Below, one piece after another: positions 1-16,859 of a stretch of 64,000 nucleotides of DNA. How positions within the stretch are numbered: position 1 is the stretch's first letter; every line of letters begins with the position of its first letter. The notes under the pieces were generated by a model. The model did not search any database. It saw only the letters and a program-made list of their open reading frames with translations, and was not told where the DNA came from. The stretch is taken from NCBI RefSeq assembly GCF_009914755.1, contig NC_060931.1; one strand, given 5' to 3'. This DNA is from the human T2T-CHM13v2.0 reference genome, Homo sapiens. The translations under genes and the position numbers were made by a program.

Positions 1-127
1 GTATTTTTTGTAGAGATGGGGCTCTACCGTGTTGCCAAGGCTGGTCTTGAACTCCTGGGCTCAAGCTATCTACCCACCTTGGCCTCCCAAAGTGCTAAGA
101 TTACAGGCGTGAGCCACCATGCCTGGC
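1..127 (-). mobile_element. Alu (AluJ-like) left arm, cut by window start
   Basis: gaactcctgggctcaagc...cctcccaaagtgct...gagccaccatgcctggc is the reverse complement of an Alu 5' arm. Confidence 0.9.
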
Positions 128-181
128 TGTATAACTTCTAAAACTGATTTGGTATTCTGTCTAACCATAGTTGCTTTTTAA

Positions 182-382
182 CCATTTTCCCATTTCCCCA
201 GATAATACTCACCAGTGGTGCTTGCGGCTGCAACATTTATCTTGATGTAACTGCCAGAAAATATCTTGCTTTTATTATTTTCCCATTGCTCTAGTATATT
301 GACTTTGGAAACAAAAGACGTCATTCTACTCATAGCATTCTATTTTCAGTAGTGGTATTTCCATTTATAAAATATAGTAATT
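182..382 (+). mobile_element. MER75 (piggyBac-family non-autonomous DNA transposon), 5' part
   Basis: Follows TTAA (178-181) and begins ccattttcccatttcccc. Contains gctctagtatattgactttggaaacaaaagac...aaaatatagtaatt, matching the recalled MER75 consensus. Confidence 0.75.
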
Positions 383-579
383 TTTATAAATGCCACCATG
401 CCCAGCCACTTTTAAATATTTCTGACACATTGTATTCATTTATTTTCTGGGGGTGAATTCTTTTATTAGAACATTCAAATTAATAATTTTGTTTGGTTTG
501 CAAGAAAACTGATGCCATCAAGGAAGATGAAAAGTTACTACACAAATTTCAACAAAGATTTCTATAATTTATAAATGAG

Positions 580-887
<308 letters not shown>

Positions 888-989
888 TCATTTTTTAATT
901 TAATAATCCCAGTCTCAGATGCCCTTTCATTCTTTGAATTTGCATATCTCTATAATATTTCTCTTTCAAAATTTTCTGGTTGTCTTATA

Positions 990-1260
990 TATAATACCTT
1001 GTATAAGCTGATCTAGCAGTGGCTAGATAGGATCAGATTCAGGTTTGGATTTTGGCAAGGATGCCTCATAGATCATGTTGTGTGCTTCAATTAGGAGCCA
1101 CATATTTAGTTCTTTATTTTTATTAATGTTAACAGCCATTGATTAGACCCAGTGTTCGTTAGGAGCTGCAAAATGGTGATATTGCAGTTCCATCATTCTG
1201 TAAAGAGAAACATCTACATTAACTACAGGTATTTGGTTATCCTGAGGTACAGTTAACACA
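990..1260 (-). mobile_element. Old L1M (L1MC/ME-type) 3'UTR fragment
   Basis: gatcagattcaggtttg...tttggcaag...gcaaaatggtgatatt resembles old L1 3'UTR in antisense. Boundaries approximate. Confidence 0.5.
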
Positions 1261-4200
1261 CTGTATTTGAATAAGAGGGTTTGAGCTCTCCAGAGAACCT
1301 ATCACTATTTATAAGATTTCTTAGGGGTTTTAGTTTCAGAAGTACAGATACATCAACTTGGTGCTGACGGCAGCTCCATCCAAAGCAGAAGAAACTGTCT
1401 TCTTCCCCACTTGGCAGTACTTGCTGTGATGCTAGGAAAGGATTTTGTAATTCAAGTGTTCATTCATCACCTGTTAAGTACTTATATTTAAGATAAATAA
1501 CATTAAGTATTTTAACACTTCCCCCCAAATAAAGACCCTAATCTTTGTATTTATTAGTAATTAACACTAGGTAAATTAATTTTTGGCCATTATATATTGA
1601 CAAAAATCTATTATAATGGAAATATTTTTGAAAATCTAAATTTTATCTAGAAATCCATGAAGGATATCCAGTTATTATTAGGGCATTTGGACTAATTGAT
1701 AAGGAGTTGAGTTGGAAAACTACTCTCCAGATGGAGATTTCAATTCATTTTAACTCACAAGTATGACTTAAATATCTACTCTTAGTTCTTAAGTTGCATA
1801 ACGTGTAAGCATGGCTCTCAAGTCAAAGATATGTAGCTGAATTTGAAGCAAAGCAAACTGATTGGTCTATGAGAAGTGTAAGTAGAGCACTTGGAAGTAT
1901 AAAGGAGGGTCAGTTAAATGTAGCAGGCTTAAATTGTGCAGAGCTTGATGGATGTTTAGATAGTCAACAGGAAAGAAAGGGTGGAACAAGTTTGAGGCAG
2001 GGGGAGCAACAAAGACAAGAATACAGAGAAATTGCATAATAGTGTGGATTGAATTGACTGTATGATGTCTCTGGAGAAAGACGGGACTTAGATTGTCAGG
2101 GAATGTTGGTTGATTACAGGGAATGTGGGATAAAGCCAGGGAGGTAGTCGGGTGAGTGGGGAAGAGATGGTTTGTAGAGAAGGACGTCAAGTAAAGGATC
2201 AATGACTACAATACTCTTACTTGGAGTTAGTCCCCAGAAGAGGAGATTTGAATGTAGGAAAATGGTGAGTTTGGAAGTTAGAATACGTAGTTAGAAATTT
2301 AAGTGTGTATTTAAGTGTAACTTAAAATCTAGGACATTACCAATGCCTTTGAAGCTACCTGTGTACTGTGCAGAAACATCTGGGCAAACGAAAGTTGTTG
2401 CTCTCCCTTATGGTGAAACATTGTCACATTTTTTAAATGTAACCTTCAAAATACTACCCTTAACTGTGTTTTTTCCTCCTAGTAACAAAACCAGAATCTA
2501 AGGTGCATTCTGACAGACTCCTCCACGTGGCGCAGATAAACTCTCTAATTTCAAGGGCCTTAGACAGAAAATATAATTGTATTTCCCATGTCTAATTCTT
2601 ACCCTTTTTTGGTCATGTTTTTGATCTGTTAACATTTTAATTGAGGGAATAGGATCAGTGAGCCAGGAGCAGACACACCTTGACTAAATGAACAGTACAA
2701 GTTAAACTGTGGTGAGAGACATTTAAACATTTGTAGAATCTCTACAACAGGATGACTTTTCCAGCACACTCTGTAGAAATTATCTTCTGCCTACACACTA
2801 TGTTTAACTTCAGCTTCCTCATTCAGTACAAGGGAACTGAGAAATTTGACAAAAAATAATCAGGTGAGAAAAGATCAATTGGTGTTTCCAGTTGCAACCA
2901 ATAATTTTAACCCTTTCATTTTCTCAACATTTAAATGAGGGAATAGGCTGGGTATTTTTAAACATTTGCTGTCTACAGGAATCTTTGACATTGCTGTTGC
3001 AAACTCTTTAAGGAGATAAGCGGAAAACTTAGGTGCTACTGATGGATGTGGGGAAATAGCCCTCAGCCGTTATCTCTCTGTCCTCCTAACCCCCATCTCT
3101 GGCCCCTCAGATTTAGAGGGAAAAAATGATTTTGGAGAACAAAGATTTAATGAGCCACTAGGCAAGAGAGTGGCTAAAGGACCTTAATTTCTAATATTTC
3201 AAAATTTATGATTCCAGCTGCCTTACAACTAGATGTCTGCCATGTGCAACCATTGCTTGTTGCTGGCCTCACTGCCTTTCTTTGCTGTCCTTTGAGCCAC
3301 AGGAATGCAAGGCCATAGTGCTGCTTAGTGAACACTGTTCTTCACTGTCAACATTGAAAGGAGTCCTGATTTCAACGGAGTGGCCGAGTCTGCTTTTGTT
3401 TGAAAGTAATGTATTTTAAAATTCATTATGAACAATAATGCAATTATTCATAATGAATAATGTTTTATATTTGCATCATTCATTTAGGGCTAGTACATAG
3501 AGATACTGAAGCTGTTGGCTTAGCCTGTTCCATAGCTAGTAGATTGATCATAGAGATGAAGCGGTAAAGGCTTTAGCACAGTGCATTGACAGTCCCAGAG
3601 GGAATGGACAGGTCATTGCCATGGAATTCTGAAAATAATTTTATCTTCATTTTCATCTTTTTTTCTGACATTGGCTTTAAGGAAGGTTGTCTTATCCTTG
3701 TTGGAGATTTCCACATTACAGAAATTTGTTGCATTTGTTGATACAAGCTATGTAAAATGACCCACAGGCAATGTCAATTCCGGAGGTTTACTCTGATTAC
3801 CCACACAACCCTTATTTTGATAGATTTAACTAGCCTGGAGTTTTATTGACTATCACTCAGAATCTTTCAGATCAGAGAACTCACTCCTTTGCTTAACTAC
3901 TTAAAAAATATTTTTGCTGAAATTGTAAATTAGATGCCTCCCAATCCATTGCATAAGAAACTTATAGCTTGGTGAAACACCAAGAGTATCATTTGAAAAA
4001 GAGGTTAAAAAACACAACTGGGGCTTGTTAAAGAGGAAAAGTGGTATTTTAACTCCAAGTGTCACATTTTCCTATAGTCAGCTCTAGCAGTAAACAAGAG
4101 TTATTGGAGGCTTAGATAGTTTGAGACACTTCACTTATCTCCCAGTACTTGACTTCAGAAGCCAAACATTTAAAATGTGTTTTGCTCAGGTAAAAATGTT

Positions 4201-6167
4201 TATCCATTTAAAATACAATGTCATTTTAACAAAAGCACCCTGGTGACAAGCTGTTTAGATATAGCACAGTTGATAAACTGTCAGATCCTGTACACATACA
4301 CTTGAAAGGACCAGCGCAGTAACACAAGGATTGGCATTATAAATCACTGTTAACAAACCTTAATTTGCTTAGTAGGCTAATGAATGATCTCCAATTTTTC
4401 TTCAGTAATTAGCTTCGCTAACAGCCATGTCAAAGGGACCTTCCTTATACTGTATTTAATCTCTGCTCTGAAATCTTTGGTGTCTAGTTTGCAGGATGAA
4501 TAAAAACAAACAAAAAACATTTCGGTCTCCATTGGCGACTCCCTGGTAATAAATCCAGATGTAGGGATTGTGGCTGTTTTCAAGTAGAAACATTGCCAAA
4601 GGTGATGACTGTCTATTAGGGCTTGTAAACTGTAATATAATCACAGATTTGGAATGGAGTGGTGAAGCCAGATAATTGCAGTGTTTCCTGTCTAAATGTG
4701 CTGCTGTGCGTAGTGGCCTCTGATTTTAAGGAGCTGTTAAAAATGCAGCAAGGCATAACAGCTGTGGTTCCTAGAATACTCCTAATATTTCATATGTTCA
4801 TCACATCTCATAAAATCTTGCCCAGACCAACAAATGACTACTTATCTGTACAGCTGGACTGTCTTAGAAGGAAATTAGAGAAAGTGTGAATCATGTAGGT
4901 TAGCATTACAGAGACCCACCAAGAGCTCATCCAAGCCCGTGCTGTGCCATATTTCTCTTACTGCTCCTCAGAGTTCTCCCTTTCCATTTTTAGTCCCCAA
5001 AGAGAACATTTGCCTCTTACCATTTGTGAGCAGATCTTATCAATAACTTACTTTTTCCTACCTTTGTGGAAAATAGACTCAACTTTGCCAAGAGAACTTA
5101 GGGTTCTGGGGCAGAGAAATTCAGGCGAAGTTAATATCTCAACCCAAAATCAAAAAGAGACAACAAATTTAGTTCTCTTAGAATTTTTTAAAATTAATTT
5201 TTAAAATAACTTTGCAATAGAACTAGCTCTGTGATATGAAAACCTGGTTTTTCTGGGAGGAACATTAGTACTAGGACATTCTGGGAAGCAAAGGAAGCTA
5301 GTGAACCCAAAATGTTCTTTTAATCAGATATTAAACAGCTAAGCATCATGACCAAATGGAAGCCTTAAACTGCATTTGTACAGAGGCATAATAGAGTCAC
5401 AAGTTGTTTTCGCCTAATTGTTTCTAAATTGCCCACTTTACTAATTTGATAATTACAGTAGACCTATTATTTTGGTTTTACATAGGTCCAGAGTTACAGA
5501 ACCTCTAGGTCAGAAGGGACTTCAGAAATCACCTTACCCAATCACCAATCTGAGACATGACTCAAAAAGTTATGTATTATTAGAGTAGGCTGACAATTTG
5601 GACTGTGACCTTGCTCATCCTGGATCCTGTCCTTCAGTTGTTATAGTTGAAAGTCACATTAATTTTTCTGCCATGCCACAGTGTTTTCTTGATGTCAGTG
5701 ACTGTTTTCATATGTGATACTGTTACATCTTTTTTATCAAAAAGTCTAATGGATTCTGTCTTAAGAACGAGCCTTTATTGAAAAATCTCTGTTGAAGTTT
5801 GTCATGGTATACTTAGTATACTTGGCTTATTACTTTAACTTATGTAGATTCTGTCATGTCATATATTGTTGTTGCTTTTAGTTCCACACTGGTGAAGATC
5901 ATCAAGTGCTACAACTGTCTTTGTGGCAGTTAAATTTCAGTGCTACTAGATTTTACTCATTGCTCTTCTTGTAATGCCCCACGATTTGATTTACGCTGGC
6001 TGAGTATTACAAGTCCTATGTATTTCTTTCCATTGGTGATTCTTATCTGGAGCTTTAACAGAAATCAGACATTGTTCCTCTGTTTTGGTTATTTATAGAT
6101 ACATCTGGAAAGAGTTTTGAGACAACCTGTGGGCATACTTAACATACTGTACCTTTTTTCTTTGTAG

Positions 6168-6306
6168 CCATCGTGTACAACTGCTTTAAAAAAATTAGCT
6201 GGACATGGAGAAGTGTGGAAACCATTGTTCTGTTACACAATGGCAAAATAATTGACCATTAAAATATACCTGTGATAGACTTAGTTGTGATGTGGATGCA
6301 TTCATG
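6168..6306 (+). other. Candidate non-coding exon
   Basis: Branch-like cttaac (6138-6143), pyrimidine tract plus TAG acceptor (ccttttttctttgtag), donor ATG|GTAAGC. Stops in all three frames. Confidence 0.25.
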
Positions 6307-7936
6307 GTAAGCCTCTCTGAGTTATTCTAATGTATGTGAACAAGCAGTATTATGTAAAAATAGAGGAAAGGATATGCTATAAAAGAAATACAGTTTGATA
6401 CAGTATTTATGTTTTAACAGATATGCTTGAGTACTTTAAATAGATAAATGAAAAAACTTTCTATTATTTGTAGTAGGTCTATGTTATACACAGTAGTGTC
6501 CTGAGAAATTCTTGAGTTGTGACATACATATAAATTTTGAATACAGAAGGGATAAGTTCATTTTAGAAATTACTGCAAATTTTGAATTGGTAGAGCCATC
6601 AAATTTGTAAAGCTTGGGTCACATTTACTTCTGTGCATTGAGTGTCATTACATTCTGTTTTCTTTAATTTTCAAACAAAGGGTTGTACCACGCTTCTCTT
6701 TGAAGAGGCCTTTTGGTTTCAGCACATCTATGGGTACGTTGTTAACACTGTCATACCTCCAGTTAAGGAATGGTACACGTTTAGAGACTGCTTTTTCAAG
6801 TCAAGGTGCCAATTATTTCCTGCCTAAGCACTATTTTAGTGAACTCACTTTAGTCTAAAATCACTTGTTATTTATCTCAGAATGTTATTAAACAAGGATA
6901 AAATCAATGCAAAGCCAGCGATTTATGTAAATCTTATAAAAGTTTGATTTTCTTTAGATTTTTGTGACTAACAGCCTCTCAGTCTTCCTTGGACAGGGGA
7001 GTGGTTAGAGTTTGGGTTCCCTAATTCTCTCATCTTACAGCCTAAGCTAAGCCTCAATGGTTGATACTGAAGTTTTGTGACCCTCGTTCAATGTTCAGAA
7101 TCTATTATTTTAGTACTTTTAGTGGGGAAAAAAAATTCTGCTTTACTTCTTTTCCTGCTGTGATGTGTACATTGTGTTATTTTTCTACTGGGTGTGATTT
7201 TTGTTATCTTTTTCAGCTTCATTGACCATAATTTTACTTATTTTAATTAACATGGATCTTATTAACAGTTTTCTCTCCTGTACGTTTGTGTTTGTGACAT
7301 ACTCTTCACTACATACTTGAATTAAGTAATTTTATTATTTTTCATCTTTCAGCAGTATGCTTATTCTTGGTTCATTTACTGTTTTGAAGCAATGGAATTA
7401 CTTACATATTTTTATTTTTCCTTTTCTCTCATCTTCTGTTTTCCAACCTCTACCTCCATTTGGTCCTATAACATGATAAAAGTGCAAACATGAGCCTGAA
7501 TAATAAAGGATTGCTTCACTGATTGCTAAACATATATTATAGTGCTTTAAAACTCATTTCAGGTCATCGTGGTGGCAATTAGTTTGATTACAAGCATTTA
7601 AGCTGTCACATAGAAAGCCTTCCACTTCCTAGGGCTTAGTTTCAAATCATGAAAACTGAATGCTCTATACTTATCTATGTACACAGCTCAATTTTATTAT
7701 TTTGGAAGAAAGCTATGCCTGTTACAAAGATCACTCATAATTTCAGAACCTGGTTAAAGCCAGTGTGCAATTTTGGAGCAGAGACACAATTTTATTAAAA
7801 AATTTAAAATATGCATGTGTACATATATGTAGGTAGGGACTATCAAAAGAGATGTCAAAACCATCTATTTATTCTCATTTTTGGATACAGTACACATTAC
7901 CAAGTTGTTACAATGTGGTTATTTAAATATCATTTG

Positions 7937-8096
7937 GGCCAGGCACAGTGGTGCATGCTTATAGTCCCAGCTGCTTGGGAGGCTGAGTTGGGAAGATCAT
8001 TTGAGCCCAGGAGATCAGTGTTGGAGTGTGCTATAATCATGCCTGTAAACAGCCACTGTACTCCCATCTAGGCAATATCTCTTAAAAAAAAAAAAA
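7937..8096 (+). mobile_element. FAM (fossil Alu monomer)
   Basis: Single monomer with the FAM-type segment gtgtgctataatcatgcctgtaaacagccactgtactcc, plus A tail. Confidence 0.8.
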
Positions 8097-8599
8097 GTAA
8101 AATCATGACTCTCATACATTATACAATCTACATGTTTAAACATTTTATTTAATAATGACGGAAGTAGGCAGATGTTATAACTTTTTCAAAGGTAAACCAA
8201 AAGAAAATCCACAGTTATAGATGAGGAATATTGAAATGAGTGTGTAGATGGAGGCAGAACTGGCTTCAAGGAAGTCAGCTGAGTCTCTACCTCACATGAC
8301 AGAGTTTACATGATGTTAGAGAATGTTTATTTTGCATTGTTATCACTTACCTACAACTTCCAGACTTGTAAAATAGTTTCCATGGAATCAGAAATTAATT
8401 ATGCTGGAGAGTGTGCTATAGACGATGCCTAGTGTTTCCTTGAAGCACATGTTTTCCTATTTGATGAAAAATAGTCTTAAAGGAAGGTTTGTTTATTTAA
8501 ATTTGGCCTGATCATTTACACGGGTGTACCAAGAATGTTAATTTAGCATATAAGCCTTTTAAACTTTGCTTTCTCTGATGTTTTTACAAAATAAATCTC

Positions 8600-11400
8600 C
8601 TATTGCACTTTTAAAAGTATTATTTGCTGTCCTAAGGGTGGAAAGCCAAACCCAAGAATCACGGAAAGGATCACTGAAAGGAGTGATCAAGCATGATCAC
8701 TGAATGGCACTCTAGAAGTCTTCACTCAGCCCACTGGTCTTTCTGTCACCGGCAGTACCTGTAAATTTGGGTGAATTTCTTTCTTCTTGATGTTCCCAAA
8801 ATATCCCAAAGTACCCTACCAAGAAGTGATCTCTCTTTCCATCTATGTGGCTGGATTCTGTAAACCAGCTACCAGGCTAGTTTTTCTGGGAGGATTGGTA
8901 CTTTATAGAGATAAAGTCACCTTTAATTCCCTGTAAGTGTTTAATCATATCTGATTAAATGAGCATTACTCACAAATAGGACATTCCAGACAAGATCTTC
9001 AAGATTTTTCATACTCATCTTGGTAAATAGGAAGGCCAATTTTTACTGAACCCATGTAAATAACTGTGTTGCTATGAAAAGTAAGAAGACTTAGAGTTTT
9101 TGGATTCTGGGGTGTCAGAATAAGATTCCATTTTAAAACACTTCATTTCAGTTTATAAAATCAGAATTGTTATGAGTTATAAATAGCTTAAGAAAAAAGA
9201 GAGCTTCCTTATATTCTCAGATAATAGAACACTGACATAAGACCAACAATACTCAAAACAATCATCCTTCATCATTTCATTGAGTCCTGTTTAATTAACT
9301 CTTGCTGTACTGAATCTTGACTTATTAATCTCATCAACTCATCTCATGAATTTCTTGACTGAAAGAAGTTCTGGAAATCTTGACTCAGCCCACTGGTCTG
9401 GTCAAAGTTATTTAAGCAATGACATCAGAAACCTGTACCCAAGAGTCTATTCTTTGAAGTCTTAATTATTTTAAGTACCTGGTGCAGTTTTTTTTTTTTA
9501 TTGTGGGTGCTCTGAGGTTGTCTTTCTTATTTGAAAACCAGAACTCTGTTCTACTGTGTTACTGAATGCATAACTTTCAAGGAAACATAAAAGTAAAACA
9601 AAAAACGGTGTAAGTGACAGACTTTACATGGCTGTGGTTAATTTTCACTTACAACTTTTAAAAGTGAAAAATATGATGAGAATTTATAACAAAAATAATG
9701 TAACGTATTTGATTATTTCTGTGGCATGTAAAACAAAGCTAGTAAAGAATGTTTTACACAAAACTATTTAAGCAAATGAGCTCATAGAAACTATGAAGAT
9801 TTTAACATATTTCATTACTTTTCAGACTCAGGTATTACAAAGCAAGGTAAATAAAATTCACTTTCCATGTTCTGTTCTCATTATGTTCTTTCATATTTTG
9901 GAACAAAATAATACTTTACTTCAAGACTATTCATAGGGTGTTCCATGAGGTCAGAACTACTTCCATAGTATTTCTAAGATGTTATTACCATGCAGTATGC
10001 TCATTATTGCTAGTTTGAAATGAATCAGCAAGTCAGCATTTTAAATTTTTTTAAGTTCCAATTTTTAATGTTGTAAATATCAATAGTTAAAACCCACACA
10101 CACTCTCATAGACACAAAATAAGCTCATTGAGGTCCTCAATAAGTTTTAGGAGATAACTGTAAGCGGTTTGGAGACCAAAAATCTTCAGAAACATTGCAT
10201 TAGGACACAGGTGTTCTTTTCCTTGAAAAATGGCAGCATACACATAATTATATTTCTTAGAAACTGTTGCTTCTAGATATGATGTCAACTTCTTGCATTA
10301 GTTTTAATTTTTAACCAAATTAACTAACTTCTATTTCACATAAAAAAACTGGGGGATAGTTACGATCTTCCTTTTCCATATCAGCATTTTAGAGGAGATC
10401 ATGAATAAACATAACCAACTTTCTATAGCCACACACATCTCTTATGCACCTTCATAAATTGACAACAATGAACACATTCATTAACTTGACCCAAAGATAG
10501 TCTTCTCTGTAGATTATAAAAATAAAAAGCAAAACGATGAAATTTTAAATTATGATTAGTGCTCAGTGTTTTAGTATTCTATCTTAATTAGAAATGGTGT
10601 AACTATCCAATGAATATCTGTTAATTAATTTAATATCAGTCTGAGGTTTCAAATTACTTAAAAATCTTGGAAATTATGCTCAAGCCAACATAGTAAGAAG
10701 CATAATTACTATTGAAGAAAAGTTTTTGAGAATATTGATGCAGTTTGGTCAAAGAAAAATAAAGACAAACATAAACATAAAATAGAAATAATGCTAGCTT
10801 ATTTGGCCAGGAAACCAGTATATTTTTAGGTAAATTATCTAGTGTAGAGTTAAAATGTTTACTCATGTACTTAAAACTGATAAAGAAGACTTACTGTTTT
10901 TATTAAGCCAAGATTTATTAAACTAATCTTATTTGGCAAAGTTACACGTAAATTAAGTGAACTTGAGTTCATAAAATGTTTCCGAGGTAATGTATGCAAG
11001 AATTTATTGTTTAATTTAGTACATTTAAATGGTTAGAGATTCAATTCTTTTCTGTGAATTTTAGGAATATTTAGTATATGTAAGCACTTACACTGAATAA
11101 GGCTATTAGAACAAAACTCCTTTAGTCTTAGAGACTTTATAATCTCATTATTAATACCATCTGAGGTAGGAAAATATTGTGCACACAATGAAAGGTAAAG
11201 GTACTTTTGAATTGTAGACCCTCAGATGTGTAGAAAGCATACAGTTCCAATTCTAGAATTTCAGCCATAGGTCAAGAGTAAATACAGAAACACAAAAAGT
11301 TTCACTAGTCCAAATTGCAAAGAGCTATTCCTCTTCCCAGTAGACATGCTGTTCTTAATTATTTGAGCTCAAAACAGACACATAGACCATCAGAAAATAC
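8600..11400 (-). mobile_element. ERV1 MER4-group internal sequence (MER34/MER21/MER4-int-like), non-coding
   Basis: Collinear motifs resembling MER4-group internal regions (atgtaaataactgtgttgctatg; aaatagcttaagaaaaaa; atcagaaacctgtacccaagag; atttctgtggcatgtaaaac). No LTR recognised; boundaries approximate. Confidence 0.55.
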
Positions 11401-11534
11401 TAACAGACTAGAACTTTTTTTTCTCAAGTGTTTTAAGTGATAGAAATCTAAGCTTACTGTGTGGCACATTTCTTAAAGAAGCTTTTCTGTGTTTAACTGT
11501 ACATTTTGTAGTTAGCATTTTCATTCTCATTGAT

Positions 11535-11690
11535 AAATTCAACAGACAGCAGGCCAGTCAGCCTGTTTTAGGTTCTGTGGATATAGCAGCAGTAAATAAG
11601 ACAAAGTTTCTCTTTTCATGACACTCATAGTTAATCAAATTAATCCCTAATATGCCAGGTGATAATAGGAATCTAAAGAAAAATATTCAT
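11535..11690 (-). mobile_element. L2 3' end fragment
   Basis: attcaacag...gttttaggttctgtggatatagcagcagtaaataagacaaagt resembles the L2 3' terminus in antisense. Confidence 0.55.
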
Positions 11691-11704
11691 GAAAAGAGTT
11701 GGGC

Positions 11705-14472
<2,768 letters not shown>

Positions 14473-16830
14473 TGATTATAAAAACTATTTCCCTGCTGTT
14501 GTTAACACCCTGAGATGTCTGCCTCTTTTCCTATCTTTCTGTGTTTTAAATACACCAGCCTACTGCACTTTAATACCTCTCTAGCTCAGACAGCTACACA
14601 CAAAACTTACTCTGAAGAATGTCAAAATGCATGTTTTCATCAGAGAAATATCTCATGGTCCTTTGTTAAATGTTCAAAAATTCATGATTGGGCTTTATAA
14701 GGCAAATATGTCCTGTTTTATAGAATTACGGGAGAGAAAATGCATACAAAAGAGCCCAATCCTTTTTTTGGCTGGCTTTTATGTCAGAGCTCAAAATTGC
14801 TCTCTGATAAAATGTAGGCCACCAGATTGAATTACTTCATTGAACCACTGCTGTCCTCTGTTAATGGTAATTGCACAGATATAGCAGTCTTTCTCGGCAA
14901 CATCTCAGATATTTACCTCCCACTGTTTTTCAATTCAAACCTTTGATGAAAATATTCCCAGTACTTCTTTAAAGCAGACATCCAACTGTCTTTCTTGACA
15001 AAAGCAAGGTCTCTAAATCAGATCCTGACAATTTGTGACACAGCAGTCTATCCAAATCACCTTTTACCTATGTCACTATGTCATTTCCTGAAGAAAAAAG
15101 TGTCCATCAGACAAGCAATTTCTGTAGGTTTTGGGGGCTGGAAGGTTGGTATGCCAGCAAAAATGAGAGAGGAAAAGGGAAAAATAATTTTTTCCTTTGA
15201 CTTGTGTGGAAGGAATTCAGTGAGGGGTTGACCAGATCTAATAAGCAAAAGAGGGGTTTTGTATATTTAAAAGATACATTTTTATAAAGAGAGATCTATA
15301 GATATTTGTTATTTTCAAGATGGTAACAATTGAAACTTGAATCTAGTGATTTCTGAAAGCTGCTCCCTTTAAGGAGACAGGGAAACAAGGTTAGTTTTTT
15401 TTTAATTCTTAACTTTTTCTGTTAGACTACTTTAATATGACAATATTTAGCAGTTTATTTTCTCGTCAGGGATTCAGCTCAGTTTCTGGTCTACCTCCTG
15501 TCCTGAACTGAGCAGACTACATTTCCTCACATGAAGGTTGTAGGTTGTACAAACAATGCCACTGGCATGAACCATGATCAGCGCTCTCCACTTGACTCAT
15601 GGTGACTTTGGAGGCTGGAGTGCAGCACATGGTAACCAGGAGATCAGCTGGATCAGCCTCAGAGTGAAACTCGCTGCTATTATCTCTTTGGCTATGGTTG
15701 GTTGGGTGCTTTTTTTTTCCCTTTTAGTATTGGAAGGATATAATTGATACTTGCTTTCTTGGATCAAATTGTAGCATCATATGTTTGACTGATGGGTTAG
15801 TTGTAGGAGCTGTCAGAGCCCCCCTGGGACCTGCTTTACAGGTTTGGTGAATGAGCAGCTGACAGCACAGCAAGCACACTTTCTGCTGCCAGCCTGGTTT
15901 TGTTCTTCCCAGGTGGATGTTTCATTATAGGAATGGGCCTCAAAATAACATTTGCCCAGGAATATTTCTAGAGAGTGGTCATCTTTGGTGGCACTGTTAT
16001 GGTGGTATGTTGCTCATTTAGAGTGGTCTCATTCAAGCAAGACCCATACATCATTTGGGGAGAACAGTGAGGAAAACCGTGGGCTGAGCTCTGGGGAGGG
16101 TTCGATCTGGGAATAAGGCATGTCCTAGAATCTCAGTCAGGATTCTACTTTCAAGAGACAGTGCAAGGCTCCTAGGAAGTTGGGGCCAGGAGGTAATTAA
16201 AGAGGTAGAAAGAGAAAATCTTTTAAAATCAAGTTTCTGACTGCATGGGCTCTTGAATGTGGTCTTTACTTTGATTGTGGCCTCAACATACAGGTGGTAG
16301 CAGAGTCCTTGAAGGGCCCTTGACTTTTTTTTTTTTTTCAGAGATCAGGGAATTTGTAATTTAGAAGGAGAAAACTGGCACTCTTGTGCCAGTAAAGCCT
16401 CTGCTGATAGCTGTGTGCCGTTTGTTTTTAATCCTTTCTCGGTATCCGTCTCTGGCCATCCTTATCTTTACTAGAAATCAAAGGCTGTGAAGGGACCACC
16501 AGAAAAATAAATAATTCATAGCTTTTCAAAGCCTGAGCCCCAAATACTCAACTTTCAAAGCATGAGCCCCAAATATCCCTTCCCTTGGGCTTGAATTTGC
16601 TAAACTGGAGCCTGTGTTTACTCTACTAGGGTAACCAAGTATTCAAGAGCTCAGAGAAAAAAGGACTGGCCACTATACCTCTTTGGAGGTAAGAGAGGAG
16701 CCCGTGTGAGTTCATGTGTAGAAGAATCACTTTCACCTGGAATAGAATGTCAATCCCAGAATCTCACTATCTGGCAGGCAGGAAGTGATACCAGTTTCTG
16801 GCTTGGAAAGGACATCTGAAGGATCCTGTT

Positions 16831-16859
16831 GGTTTTGTTTTGTTTTGTTTTGTTTTTTT
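16831..16859. repeat. (GTTTT)n simple repeat
   Basis: ggttttgttttgttttgttttgttttttt. Confidence 0.8.

Noticed and set aside
15550-15900. AP-1, E-box and TGACAG motifs suggesting an enhancer
   Set aside because: Short motifs at a density plausible by chance; not supportable without chromatin data.
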